Of a stretch of DNA of 64,000 nucleotides, positions 1 to 12,723 are shown one piece after another; within the stretch, counting starts at the first letter, position 1, and each line of letters opens with the position of its first letter. A program made the translations under genes and the position numbers. A model generated the notes under the pieces. The model searched no databases and was not told the DNA's origin. It saw nothing but the letters and a program-made list of their open reading frames with translations. Origin of the DNA: Amoebidium appalachense (lineage: Eukaryota; Protista; Ichthyosporea); the NCBI GenBank assembly GCA_963693365.1, contig CAVNZM010000003.1, forward strand, positions 5,514,472 through 5,578,471, given 5' to 3'.

Positions 1-372
1 ATAAACACAAGGCATGAACATCTTGTGGACTGATTTATATACTGGTGGTCAACCAGTTAAGACACGGGGAATGAGCATCCCGAGGACTAGGTTTAGACTG
101 GCAGTCAACCAGCACGCATTGGCTATAGATAATTATTTATACTGGGACGCCATCCCAGTTCGACAGATATATAAGTCGAATATAAAAGAAAACCAATATA
201 TATGATGGTATATAAATAAACGACGGATGGTGGAGAAAGAAGTCCCCACTGAAGATGCACACACTGAAGATCGATGAAGACAGCAGTAGACTTTCGTTGG
301 GAGGTGTCTCTACACGGTGAGGTGTAGACCACTGGCCAGGGCCCCAACCTACTTGAAGACCACTGTAGATGA

Positions 373-411
<39 letters not shown>

Positions 412-412
412 C

Positions 413-1062
413 TCAGTCACGAAGACTGAGTGAAGTACGGTGCTGCTCGTGGGAGGGCCCGGGCAGGGACTTGGTGAAGATGTCGGCCACGTTGTCTTTG
501 GTGGACACGTAGGTGACGACCACATCCCCACTCTTGATGTAGTCCTTCGTGTTGTGGTACCGGACAGCAATGTGTTTGGTCCGGTGCGTGATGCTGTTGG
601 TGTGCAGGAGGGCAATGGTGGACTGGTTGTCACAGTAGACGGGGGTGGGGTCGGTCATCGGGTAGCCGAGTTCACGGAGGAGATCACGGTGCCAGATGAC
701 GTTTTGAACAGCAGCATTGATGGCCAGAAGCCTCGGTGGTGGATGTTGCCGTGATGGACTGCAGCTTCGAATACCATGTGATGGGTATGCCCTTGAAGAA
801 GATGACGTAACCGGTGGTTGAACGACGGGTGTTGGGGCAGTTGGCAAAGTCGGCATCAGAATAACACTCCAGCAAGGATGTGTTGTCGTCGGATGCAGAC
901 TTGTCGTAGTGAAGGCCGAGGTTGGATGTGCCGATGAGGTACCGAACTACACGGAGTAGACATTCCCATGCAAGTTTGGTGGGGTTGGCACTGAATCTAC
1001 CGAGGTAGCCGATGGCAAAGGAGATGTCGGGCCGGGAACAACGAGCAACCCACAAAAGACGG
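413..1062 (-). pseudogene. Copia RT C-terminus and RNase H, frameshifted
   Basis: WVARCSRPDISFAIG, YSDADFA, RRSTTGY, STTEA, then a frame change near 730 to LAINAA...VYCDNQS...RTKHIAVRYH...NVADIFTKSL; stop at 413. Confidence 0.93.
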
Positions 1063-1542
1063 TGTAAACAGTTGGACTAGTTAGGATAAGGCAGAGTACA
1101 ACTGAATCAAAATAAAGACAGAGAACGGGTAGAAAGGCACACGCGGCCAGGTTGCGTTTACTATGGGCCGACTCAGTCTGTCTCAGACTTCACTGATGTG
1201 ATCCCCGTACTGGGACGGCTTTCTTATATAGCCCCCAGGTTTCGGATCAAGGCCCAGGATTGGTTCATCCGCGGCCAGCGCGGGTGGCAACATGCCATTC
1301 GTGATTCTGGTGCGGTCCGAGCCAGTCAGACCTTTGTCCTATTTATGCAAACCTCTTATTGGTTCACTTCGTTTATGTGGTATGCAGCGGAAGAACCATA
1401 TATGGTTCAATTCTTAGGTCAGAGTGAGTCCTATTGGTGCGGACATAATATTTATGTGATATTCATGACAAAGCACGAATCGTGTGCTAGTAGATCACAT
1501 TCTTTAGTAAACATGTACAGTTCATGTGTACAGTTGTTTACA
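1063..1542 (-). repeat. 3' LTR of the nested element (480 bp)
   Basis: Direct repeat of 4120-4599; TG...CA ends with 8-bp terminal inverted repeats; adjacent to the PPT. Confidence 0.95.
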
Positions 1543-1553
1543 CTCCCCCCCTT
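1543..1553 (-). promoter_or_regulatory. Polypurine tract
   Basis: Minus strand reads AAGGGGGGGAG immediately before the TG of the 3' LTR. Confidence 0.85.
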
Positions 1554-2039
1554 GTCGGGAGCCTGGTGGTGTCGTTAGACAAGCAAACCACCAGGCTGAG
1601 AGGCGATAAACAACCTTCAGCGAGAATTCCTGTGCGCCGAGCTGCTGGGCAGAACAGAGCAAGGACGGTTGAATAGTGTTGTGCACGTCTATGAGCACTT
1701 CTTCATTTGCCAAAACGTAAATTCATGCAGCATTCTTCTGTGATTTCATTTTCGTGGCGAAGATTATTGCAGAGTGTGTGCGAATTGTTCGCTTCGTCTC
1801 TGTGCTTGGCTTTTCTGTAGAAGTAGTATTTTTCTTTTTGGGAATTTTTCCTTTTTAGGACACTCCCGCAGATTCGTTTTCAATTGCGAGTAATTTAGTT
1901 GTGTGGATGAATGATCATACCAAACATTCGATAATGAATATAACTCAAGCCTTAGGTCACTTCGTAGCTCAGGTAGTGGTGGATAGCTTCTTAGCGCTGC
2001 CCCTTATCCCGGTTCTACCTTAAGATCATTAAGGCGAGT

Positions 2040-2200
2040 CACCATGGCCAGAAAAGCCACTTCTTTCATGAACAAAGAGCACTTCTTTCCTTTCAGCTTT
2101 AACCCTGCATCATCGGAGCCGGGAATAGCATGAATAAGAATGCCCTAAATGTTCTTCGTTGGGCGACATAAAGAAATATATCAGCCCGTCAGAACCAGTA
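2040..2200 (-). pseudogene. Degenerate Ty3/Gypsy reverse transcriptase remnant
   Basis: Manual translation across frameshifts gives DGLIYF..PNEEHLGH...SRLR / DAGLKLKGKKCSLFMKEVAFL, resembling the gypsy RT pattern DDILIFS..EEHL..L..L..AGLKL..KC.F...V.FLG. Confidence 0.7.
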
Positions 2201-4104
2201 AAAACCCGGTTCATAATTCATAAGAAGAGGGTAGGCAAAGCAAGCCTTCTTCAGAAAACACATGCTTCCATTCGTGAGCAGTTTTCGTATCCCATTTGCC
2301 AGCCATTTTCGTTGAGCAGGGGGATTCCAGGCATAATACATTCTTCTGGAGGCTTGGCCTAAAAAGAAAAGTCGTCACAGTCGCCCTTTCTTTTGTAAGC
2401 AACTTCGTGAGCGCGCTTCGTGTTTTCATATCCTCCAGTGCAGGTCTGGATGGTGCCCCATCCTCTGCTTCATTTGTAGGTGGCCCTACTGTAGGTTCTG
2501 TTCGTTGTGTGGAATACCAAAACCATTCGTATTCGTGGAACTGCTTTGTGCTGTGCTTTCTTTCGTGTTGGTGTTCATGGAGTTACCCAATTCACACACC
2601 TACTACTTTCATACATCAGACGTAAGTAGCTGCCTGGGGAGTGTGTGGTTCGTGTTCGTGGCATTCTTCTGTTCCTTCGTGAGAAGAATATTCGTTTTAG
2701 CAGAGGTGCCCAATAAGGCAGCTTGTGGGGTTGTCTCCCGCATGTGCCCATTGGTGGGGTATGCACGTGCTAAATTGTTACAGTGTCATCATATTGCAAG
2801 GGAATAACATGGTCACCTCCGTACCAGGGCCTAGGTACACATGATGGTCCGATGTGTTAGTCAACAACACCTTGCATTCGTATTCGTATTCGTCTTCCAC
2901 GTCACTTTCTTCAGTAGTGAAGGAGGGTATTCGTAATTCGAAACTGAAAGGCTTCCAGCCAAAATACTGACGCTGTATGCTGGGGTTGTGAGGGAACGGT
3001 GCCCATACCACATTCTTTTGTTCTGGTGGGGGTGTACCGGCAGCTAGTGCAAGGCTTGACAGTGTAATTGGTATGTTACACCGTATTGCCACAGACGGGC
3101 ATTCACCTTAAAATTCGTACCCAACACCTTCTTTGTTTCTCACATGCATGAACAAAAGTTCTGCATCGACTTTATTACATGCCTTTTGTGCACCAAGAGT
3201 GCAAATTCGTTAGGGCGTGGCACCAGGAAGGGCCGCCATACATGAGTCAGGCATATGTTCGTAATGTGTTTAGGCATGCCAGCATACATTCATGCGCATG
3301 TTGTGCATCCTGTGCGCTAAACTATGGGGCATGCTGTATTCGAGAACAGCAAGGGATTCGAAGCATGCATGCAACACTACTTTCATAAGATCTTAGGTCC
3401 TACATGCTATAGCAACAGCGACTATCTTCTTCGTTAAGTGCATTTGTGCTGAAAGTGGCCGTGCATCTGGCTTGCGAGTGCGGACGTGCATGCGGTGGCA
3501 TGGACACGATGGCAGTGTGCAATAGGGCAATGCACGCAAGGGCAACGGTTTTATTTTCTTCCTAACATAGAGGGGGCTGTGTGCATTGCAACCCAAGCAG
3601 TGTTGTGCATTCGTCCTTTCATTTTCGTATTTCCAGTTCATTTTGCTTTCGTTTTTCGTTTTTTGTCGTTTGATAACTTCGTTACTTCGTTTTGTTTTCG
3701 TGTTGCATTCATTTCGTATTTCCTCTATGCAATCGTTTGTCGTTAATTCTTTATTTCATTGCGTATTCGTGATGGTTCGTTTTTCGTTGGTTCATTGCTT
3801 CGTTAGCAATTCTTTATTCGTTTGTTCGTGTATTCGTTGTTTCGTTGTGTATTCGTTTTTCTTCACATTTTTGATGTGTCGTAGCAAAAGAAGTTTTACA
3901 TGCTTTCAATTCTTTCCGTGTAGGTGGGCTGGCCACTTCAAACTTGTAGGTGTATATATTCTAAGCCGGACAAGGAAAGATGTGCCTATCATCGGGGTAA
4001 AAAGGATTGTGATCGGCCATGGGAGATTCTTGAGCTGATTGAAAGATGTGAGATTCTTGAACTGATTGAAAGATGTGAGATTCGAAGGATGCGAGATTCT
4101 TGAA

Positions 4105-4118
4105 CTGCGCGGTCGCCA
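4105..4118 (-). promoter_or_regulatory. Primer binding site, probably tRNA-Arg type
   Basis: TGGCGACCGCGCAG begins 1 nt inside the 5' LTR end; TGGCGACC starts are typical of tRNA-Arg PBSs. Confidence 0.7.
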
Positions 4119-4119
4119 A

Positions 4120-4599
4120 TGTAAACAGTTGGACTAGTTAGGATAAGGCAGAGTACAACTGAATCAAAATAAAGACAGAGAACGGGTAGAAAGGCACACG
4201 CGGCCAGGTTGCGTTTACTATGGGCCGACTCAGTCTGTCTCAGACTTCACTGATGTGATCCCCGTACTGGGACGGCTTTCTTATATAGCCCCCAGGTTTC
4301 GGATCAAGGCCCAGGATTGGTTCATCCGCGGCCAGCGCGGGTGGCAACATGCCATTCGTGATTCTGGTGCGGTCCGAGCCAGTCAGACCTTTGTCCTATT
4401 TATGCAAACCTCTTATTGGTTCACTTCGTTTATGTGGTATGCAGCGGAAGAACCATATATGGTTCAATTCTTAGGTCAGAGTGAGTCCTATTGGTGCGGA
4501 CATAATATTTATGTGATATTCATGACAAAGCACGAATCGTGTGCTAGTAGATCACATTCTTTAGTAAACATGTACAGTTCATGTGTACAGTTGTTTACA
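4120..4599 (-). repeat. 5' LTR of the nested element (480 bp)
   Basis: Appears identical by eye to 1063-1542; the spurious ORFs 1198..1578 and 4255..4632 are identical across the LTR. Confidence 0.95.
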
Positions 4600-7357
4600 G
4601 ACGGCCGAGTAGTTCACGGTAGGGAACCTTGATGGGTGGTGAGTCGTTCTCGTTGATGGTGATGACGGTGCCGACGGGAATGGGAGTAGCCTTGGGGTGG
4701 GCATCGTTGAGGTTGAAGTCTCTGACGATGTCGTTGATGTAGAACTGTTGAAGCAGCTTGAGGTGACCGGGGGTGTGGATGAGCTGGGTGCCGAGGAAGA
4801 TGTCGGGGAGGTCGACCTTGCAGAGAGCTGACTTCATGATGTGGTCAACTAGATCCTTGGTGTGGGAAGAGTTGGCCGTGCAGATGATGATGACGTCGTC
4901 CACATAGTTGCCAGTGAGGATGATGTCACCGTTGGGGAAGGTCTTGATGTAGACACATGGATCTGAACGGAGACGTTCGAGACCGTGAGCAAGGAGAGCT
5001 TTGTCGAAGTACTCATACCAGGCCAGTGATGCTTGCTTGAGGCCGTAGAGTGCCTTCTTGAGTTTCCAGACCTTGTGCTCGTTGCCGGGGGTGATGAAGC
5101 CAGGTGGTGGCTCAATGTAGATGTCTTCTTGAAGAGGACTGTTGAGGAAGGCCGTTGAGACGTCGAGTTGATGAATCTCATGGTTGCCGTCCACACCGAT
5201 GGCAAGGAGAGCACGGACGGAGGAGGACATCACCACGGGGGAAGAGGTGTCACCGTAGTCAACACCGTAGACTTGAGTGAAGCCCTTTGCAACACCACGA
5301 GCCTTGATCTTGGTGTCACCGGCTGAGTTGAGGACTTTCTCAGTCACAAGCCACTTGAACTTGATGATGTTGGCATCAGGGGGGGGTTCAACGATGGTGA
5401 AGACATCCTTGGTGAGGAAGGCTTGGTACTCGGAGGTGAGGGCAGCTATGACGGCATCACCGTTGGGACCGTTGCAAAGCTTTTGAATGCCCTTGGGGAG
5501 TTGGTCAATGTTGATGGTCGGTGCTGTGATGCTGACCAGTGCCATTCGAGGCTTGGTGAGACGTGCAGACCGACGAAGGTTCGGCTTGGGGGGGTCCTTG
5601 AGGGGGGTGGAGGCCGGGGAGGTGTTGTAGGCCGGGACAGGGGCATGGAAGCCAGGAATAGGACCGGTGGTGAGGGGGGCATCGGTGTCCACAGGGCTGC
5701 TCGAGGCCGAGTGGAAGGTGGGGGACCCAGGACGAACCGGAGTCATGTAGCCGGGTTGATGCACAGCAACGGGGGGGGCCGGCAGCAAGGGTTGTTGGCC
5801 AGTGGGGGGGGGGCTCGGGGGAGGTACGGGTTCAACCGGGGCTGGTTGGTTGTGCCAGGAGGGCTGGGAGATGACCACAGACGGAGTTTCATCGTCGTCG
5901 TCGGAGGGGGGGTCCAATGTCGGCAGATCGGGTTTGGGGGGATCGGGGACCTGATTGGTGCTGCTCGTGAATTTTGACTCGTCGAAGATGACGTCACGGC
6001 AGATCTTGACTTGGTTGCTGGCACGGTCGAGGATCTTGTGTGCCTTGGAGGGCAGATCCCAGCCAACGTAGGTGCCGACTCTGACGGTTGATGCAAGCTT
6101 GTTCCTCTTGGATCGGGGAACATGCACATAGGCAGGGGAGCCGAACACGTGGAGCTGGGAGACGTCGGGTTTGAAGCCGTGGAAGGCCTCGAAGGGGGTG
6201 TTGCCGTTGGCAGCAGATGACGGTGTGACGTTGATGATGTAGCCAGCATGCTTGAGAGCAGCAACCCACAACTTGGGAGAGAGAGGTTGGTCCTTGTCGG
6301 CATGGAGGAAGCAACGGACTGTCTCTTGAAGTTCTCTCATCTTCCGTTCAACAACACCGTTGTGCTGTGGTGTGTCGACGGGGGCAAACTCCATGATGAT
6401 GCCTTTCTGCTTGCAGTAGGCCTCGGTGTCCTTGGAGGTGAACTCAGAGCCGGAGTCAAACCGAAGATGGGTGACGATCTCAGGTGTCTGACGTTCGATG
6501 GTTTCAACGAGAGACTGAATGTAGCTGAGGGTTTCAGCACGGTTGTAGAGGGGGAACACGGTGGTGTAACCGGTGGCATCACAAACACACACCAGAGCAA
6601 CCTTGTAGCCTCCGTAGGAAGCACAGGGAGCTTCGAAGAAGTCCAGGTGCCACTTAGCACCGGGGATGGTGAACCGGGAACGGGTGCCGGGAAATGGAGC
6701 CTTGGTGGTCTTGCCAGACATGCAGCCGAAGCAGTCACTGTTGTCGGGTGACTTGAGGGAGGGGGGCATGCGGATGACAAGCTCATCCTTGGCCATCCTG
6801 GTGACGGTGGAGAGGGCACGGTGGCCGAGACGGTTGTGCCAAAGGGTGAGGTCGTCGGTTGGTTGAGTCCTTGCTGTGTAGGCTTGGACCCACGGGTGTT
6901 GAGGAGTGTCAATCACATAGTCAGTGATGTAGTAGAGACCGTTGAGGGGAGTGAGGTCGGTAATGATGTCACCATTACGGCTGTAGGGGAACAACGGGTG
7001 AGTGTCTGCATCGTCACAATGACCAAGGAGGCCGGCAGTTGAGGCCATGGAGGCAGACACGAGGAAGGATGGTGACTCGGGTACGTAGAGAGCATTGATG
7101 CTGCACGGGGTAGAGTGGCCGTTGTAGTGCAGTGTCAGGTTGATGATGCCACGGTGTGTGGCATTGACGGTGCCAAGGCCGTGAATGGGGGTGGGGGGAC
7201 ACGGGGTAAGGGAGGAGAAATACTCCTTGATGGGGCAGATGTGTGCATTACAAGCACTGTCCCAGACGGGGTCGTCACGGTCGGGTGTGCCGGTGGAGGA
7301 GATGAGTGCAAATTGCACACTCTTGTTGCCTTTCTCCTGCTTGGCACGACGAGCAAC
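4600..7357 (-). pseudogene. Copia pol: aspartic protease, integrase, reverse transcriptase (frame open between the two insertions)
   Basis: WDSACNAH (protease); WHNRLGH..CFGC (HHCC); HLDF..RFDSGSEF..NGVVER (DDE); KARGVAKGFTQ, QLDVSTAFL, LYGLKQA, YVDD (RT). Confidence 0.95.
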
Positions 7358-8289
7358 TGTTAAATTGTATAAGTATTTGGGATGTAAGCAGAGACACAGT
7401 GGTGCAGTGTGAAAACACCACAGACACACAACAACAAAACACGGAAGGATCGGAGAAGTGTACACAACAGACATCAATGTTTAGACACGACTGAACTCAA
7501 TTTATTTTGATCGCTAATAAATACCTGAAATTCCCTTAAGTTAAATCCATACATGATTTCCGACCAGTCGGAAATCAGATCTATGTCTAAAATAACCAAT
7601 CACAATTAACTGATTATTTCCCGGATAGATCCGGAGACACAGGAACGCACACCATAGGTCACAGCTATAAGAAAGAAAAGAGGTGAAGAGTAACGAGGAA
7701 AGAGGTGATGTTTCTAACCTATCAACGGCTACAAAGACTCAGACATTTTCTGACTAAGTCCACTGATTGGATATAGTACGGCAACACACAAAACAAAAGT
7801 GGTTGACTAAGCTATGAATCATACCTGACAAGCTAAAGTGTAACCTAAGTGTTTTTCTACCAATCAAAACATAACGAGTAATATAAATCTACTCAACGTA
7901 TATTAGTGAGAGAGAAATATAATTATGTGAAAGGAAACAAGAGAAGAAAGAAAGAGAAAAGAAAGAAGAAGAAAGAGGAAAAAGAAAAGAAAGCAGGACA
8001 GAAAACACGAACAGCAAAACACAGTTATAACCGAAGATATTCATGTACACATAACATGTACACGTTTCTCCCTCACTGGGTAGACTCGTGTACCTATAAT
8101 CAGTTGCTGTAATCGATATCTAAACACACGAATATACCCGACACAACACGATTACAAGTACTCAAATACACTGGAGATCGATGTCATAATTTACGTACAA
8201 GGAGCGCATCTTTTTCATTAAGTAAATGAATGAAAACATAACACGAACTGAGAAGATCTTACAATATGTAAATACTACGTATTATAACA
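7358..8289. mobile_element. Solo LTR (932 bp) inserted at the gag/pol junction
   Basis: Starts TGTTAAAT, ends ATTATAACA; TSD GCAAC at 7353-7357 and 8290-8294; AT-rich and non-coding. Confidence 0.88.
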
Positions 8290-9251
8290 GCAACAGCACA
8301 GCCAGGCTCCGGGCATGCTGTGATGTGGTGGGGCTCATGGCAGTAGGAACACTCCACCTTCTTGGTGTTGTGTTGTCGGTTACGGTTGTCCCTGTTACCA
8401 CGGTGGTAAGGGGAAGTTGAACGGGGGCCGGGTGACTTGGAGGACGGACGAGGATCACGGGAACGGGACGGGGAACGGTGAGGTGTATGCTCACGTCGAG
8501 GTATACGGTTACGAAGGTCACCGGGGGGAAGCACTCTGCTCTGGAGTGCTCGAAGAGGACGGTTGTTGACGGTTGCACCAGTGCCTGCGTCGATGAGGCC
8601 GGCACGGATTTCAGCTCCTCGGATGTCACTGATGAGCTGGTTGAAGCACGGGTAGGCCTTGTTGTTCATCCAGTAGTCGGAGCAGAGACGTTCAATGTCG
8701 GAGCAGACCAGGGCCGTGTTCTTCCGGAGGTGAAGGAAGAACTTACGTACGACATCCTTGTGCTGGACGGGCTCGTCGAGGCAGGCAAGTGTCGTAGCCA
8801 GACGTTGGAGACGAGTGAGGTATGCTGTGACGTTGGGGTAGTCTCGTAGTTCAAGCTCCTCGTAGGTGACTTGAATCTGGGTGACTCGGGCCTCCTTCTC
8901 TGCCACATACGCCATACGCAGGTTGTGGAAGACTTCTCCACCGTGGACACCGTCTTGCATCCGGCCGGAGTCGTAGAGCTCTGTCGGATGGACGGACTGG
9001 TTGAGGATCTGGTCGAGGACGTCGGAAGCTTTCTTGTAGGAGTCCTTGGTGGCGTAGCCTAGCCACTGATTGGCCTCAGTGCCGTCAACCCACTGTGGCC
9101 TCTTGATATCGTCAACGAATTTCTCGGCAATGGTTGTTCTTATGAACCGGTGGATGAGTGGCTCCCACTCGAAATAATTGAGACGTTTCTCGTCTCTTTT
9201 CTCGGACGGATTCCATATTGGAAGGTTGATGTACGACGGTTTGTCAGTCAT
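8290..9251 (-). pseudogene. Copia gag with C-terminal zinc knuckle
   Basis: ATG at 9251 (MTDKPSY..NYFEWE); ...VTAYLTRLQRLATTL...; CSYCHEPHHITAC knuckle. Confidence 0.85.
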
Positions 9252-9284
9252 GATTGAAGCAGTAAGACTGAGGAATTTCGCGGT

Positions 9285-10075
9285 TGTAACGAGATTGTGT
9301 GTTAGCGTGCAAAGGGGCCGTAAATCTGTTGTTTTGTGTGGGTAAACGGGGAAGCAGAGTGCACAGATGGGTGTTATGTTATACACAACACGGAGACACA
9401 CGGGAGAAACACAACCGGAGAGGTGGAACGATTACTGGGGCCATAGGAAAAGAATACGACTGCTTGATATTTATTCCAAGATGAAGTCCCTTTTATACTT
9501 GGGAATGTGAAAACGATAAACCAATCAAAAGGACGAAAACTCTATTTTCCAATCAAAAAGACGAAAACTATGAGTGTAAAATATATCGATCGAAATCGTC
9601 TGTCGACACATAGAATATAAAACTCAATCCTCTAATGAAAGAAACTTCTAATAAAAACACGGAAACATTTAACAAAATGAAACCACTTATGTAACTATTA
9701 GTTCACATCATACATTTATACATGTTCTTATCATAACACGTCTAAACTTTAGTATAAGTATTCCTAATAGTTGGAGAACATAGCACAATGCTACGTCGTG
9801 AGAAAGGAATGGGAAAGGAATGTAAGTTACTATATTTGGGAAAATACAAACGAGATCTGATTGGGTGACATATTTAGATATTGACACAAACGACAATACG
9901 TCTGCGCGAGCTAAGTATGTCGATACGTACACAGATCTAAGATATCGGTGTACACGGAAACAGAAAGGAAAGAAAGAAAGAAAGGAAGAAAGGAAAAGGG
10001 AAAAGGAAACAAACTACAACAAACTAATAAATAAATACAAAACTCAACTTCTAAGTCTTGCTATGAATCATGGGA
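9285..10075. mobile_element. Probable truncated LTR-like fragment replacing the copia 5' leader
   Basis: Starts TGTAAC; AT-rich; shares layout with the 7358-8289 solo LTR (CA-rich start, GAAA-rich tract, GCTATGAATCAT motif). No right end or TSD found. Confidence 0.4.
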
Positions 10076-11591
10076 AGATGACAGGGGGAGGGAAGGGCGG
10101 GATGTAGGGAAAGGCGAAAGAAAAAGGTCGAGGAGAGGGTAAGTCCACCTATAGCACGATCCCCACAAGTGATTGATCAAATAAAATTCGCTTGTCTTTA
10201 AGTGTATTTCTTTACTTGTGGATGCATGCATCTGCTCTTGCACAAAGCTGTGTTCATTTGTAGGTGTGTGCGCGGTTTGTCATCATAACTAGCTCGTGTG
10301 TGCAGCAGTGTCTGATAAGTGTTTAAGTAGAGGGGAAAAAGAAAGAAAAAACCACCCACCTTCACTTTTCACAGCCCCGGCATGTGCCTGCCGTGTGGCT
10401 GCATTCTGTCCACCGCTGAGGCCCAAAATGGCTGCTGACCTCCGCACCGTGGCTGCATGCATCCCCTGCACATGATATTGGTCCAATCAGTGCAAGTATC
10501 GGAGGAATATGTCAGGGCATATGGTTTACATAGTAATCTTTATCCATTGCCTCTCATTGGCCCGCCAAAATGGGGATGCCATATGTGCCACACGTAACGA
10601 CAAGAGACCTGCCATTTGTCCCAGTCTTTTTTTTTTTTGGAGAGGGGGGGGGGGGGGGGGGGGGGGGGGACGAGGGAGGGAGAGGGTGGAAAGAGAAGAG
10701 AAAACGCAAGGGATGAGGCCTCCGGAGCAGGTGAAGTGGAAAGGGAGTGTGGAGAGTGGGGTCGAGGGGGAAGGGGGGGTGGGGGGGGGGGGGAGGCGGG
10801 AAGCGCAGGGGGTTGGGGGGTTGGGGGGGTTGGGGGGGTGGGTATCGAATATAGCTGCTGATAGACTCGGGAAGGTGCGAAGGAGAGCATAGGAGGCAGG
10901 CGGCGGAAGGGGGGGGGGGGGGGGCTGTGCTTACTCTGGCCGTGTTGCAGCAAAAGAGGTGTGTCGGCTGAAAGAGGGACAGAATATTGCAACCCTGTGT
11001 CCAAACATGATGTCTGTGTGATGGTGGTCAACGAGTGGGGGAGGGTGGCGCTGCCGGGGGAAAGAAGGGGGGACGGGAGGGGATGATGCCACTGGCAGGA
11101 AGAATATCTGCTTGTGGTCAAGGAGCCAAGTAAGCCAGAAAAATAACGTAAGCAGATTTTAGGGGTTCTAAGTGAACCTGCGAATAAATACAGCATAAGC
11201 ATGAACCAGAGGAAAATGGGGAAGCGGGCGCTGAACTTCTGTCGTAACTGGTCGATCGGAGGAAGTTGTTTACACCATTGGGAAAAGCCGAAAGCATTCT
11301 TTGTTGTACTATACAAGGATAAATCGTGGCTGGTTTGATCATACAAAAAGACTTTGGTGGATTGGTGGGTGGTGGCCACGGAAGCAGGGGGAAGATAACG
11401 GGAGACTCCGTATGGGACAAGGAGTATGGAGGGGGGGGGGGGGGGAGAGGGGGGGGGGGGGGAGGGGGGGGGATGCCAGGGGGAGAGGAAGTAATCGAAT
11501 ACCTTTTCACATTAGTTGCTTGGGTCCCGGCAGGATGCTAGAAAAGCAAGGCACTTGTGTGTTTGTCACCGGAAGGCTTTTGCTGACGACA

Positions 11592-12261
11592 TCAGCTGTG
11601 TGTGTGTAACATCAAAGCCTCCCTGCGTCATCAACGGCGCCTGCGTGTGTGCATCAAGGCCCTATCAGCATGCGTATCACGGCCTCCTGTGCTGTGGCTT
11701 TGCAATTGGCATACTCGCGCTCGTGTACGTACGCGTCTCGAGCTCTCCCACTGCGCGGCAGCTCTGCGCGGCTCGAGCTCCGAGTCTCACGCCGTAGTCT
11801 CACAACTATCTTGAACAGCGGTTTGCGCAAACACATTCTTCAAAGAAAGCACAGAGCGATTGGCCAAACACGCATCTGATGACGTCACCGGTGCCCGCTT
11901 CAGCAAAGTCACAACGGTTTTGTTTCGGGCTCACCGTTGTGACTTTGCTGAAGCGGGCACTGGTGACGTCATCAGATGCGTGTTTGGCCAATCGCTCTGT
12001 GCTTTCTTTGAAGAATGTGTTTGCGCAAACCGCTGCTCAAGATAGTTGTGAGGCTACGGCGTGAGACTCGGAGCTCGAGCCGCGCAGAGCTGCCGCGCAG
12101 TGGGAGAGCTCGAGACGCGTACGTACACGAGCGCGAGTATGCCAATTGCAAAGCCACAGCACAGGAGGCCGTGATATACGCACGCTGATAGGGCCTTGAT
12201 GCACACACGCAGGCGCCGTTGATGACGCAGGGAGGCTTTGATGTTACACACACACAGCTGA
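11592..12261. repeat. Long inverted repeat: arms of about 327 and 329 bp, 14-nt spacer
   Basis: 11592-11918 is the reverse complement of 11933-12261 with a few substitutions and one 2-bp indel; spacer TTTGTTTCGGGCTC. Confidence 0.95.
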
Positions 12262-12514
12262 GACCGTGACCCGAGTCGAGCGGGGAAGCTTCCAGACTTT
12301 GCACGTAAATTTAAATCAACTTTCATTTGGCGTTGGGCACACAGCTGTACTAGTAGCTGGTGTGCATGTGAAGATAGGATGGTAGGGTCACGGTTGATGG
12401 TATATTTGCTCGTCAACGTGCGTCGGACAGGCAATACATCATCGATGCACACAAGGCCATTTTTGATCGTGAGCATACTAGTAGTAGACAGAATCAGTCC
12501 ATTTCGGGCACTAA

Positions 12515-12559
<45 letters not shown>

Positions 12560-12723
12560 TTCCCCTCCCTCCCCCCCTCTTCCCCTGCCCGAGGACCCTC
12601 TCACCACCTACCCAACCTACCCGCACCTTGTAGGAAAATTGAGGGGGGAGAGGGGCAACGGGGTGTATTCCACGAAATCGAAACATGAACGCGCAAGGAA
12701 AATATACGTGTACTTGGGTTCCT

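Larger units (their letters stand above)
1063..4599 (-). mobile_element. Nested non-autonomous LTR element of Ty3/Gypsy ancestry inserted in the copia RT
   Basis: Two 480-bp LTRs (TGTAAACA...TGTTTACA), TSD GACGG at 1058-1062 and 4600-4604, PBS and PPT on the minus strand, no long internal ORF. Confidence 0.95.
413..9251 (-). mobile_element. Ty1/copia LTR retrotransposon gag-pol, disrupted by two nested insertions; its own LTRs are not identifiable in the window
   Basis: Domain order on the minus strand is gag, zinc knuckle, protease, integrase, RT, RNase H (copia order). Removing 7358-8289 and 1063-4599 plus one TSD copy each rejoins the frame (PGCAVA|RRAKQE and YRELLGR|LLWVARCSRPD). Confidence 0.95.

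Noticed and set aside
376-406. Poly-G run as the copia polypurine tract
   Set aside because: It is on the wrong strand (poly-C on the element's sense strand) and no TG-starting LTR follows.
1198-1578. Duplicated 125-126 aa ORF (also 4255-4632)
   Set aside because: A chance frame within the LTRs with no protein features.
7358-7477. N-terminus of the 960-aa ORF (MMSVVYT...) as the pol start
   Set aside because: It lies inside the solo LTR; pol is really continuous with gag.
9280-11822. GCGGT at 9280 and about 11818 as the TSD of a 2.5-kb insertion
   Set aside because: The second site lies inside the segmental duplication and palindrome and has no matching LTR end; probably chance.
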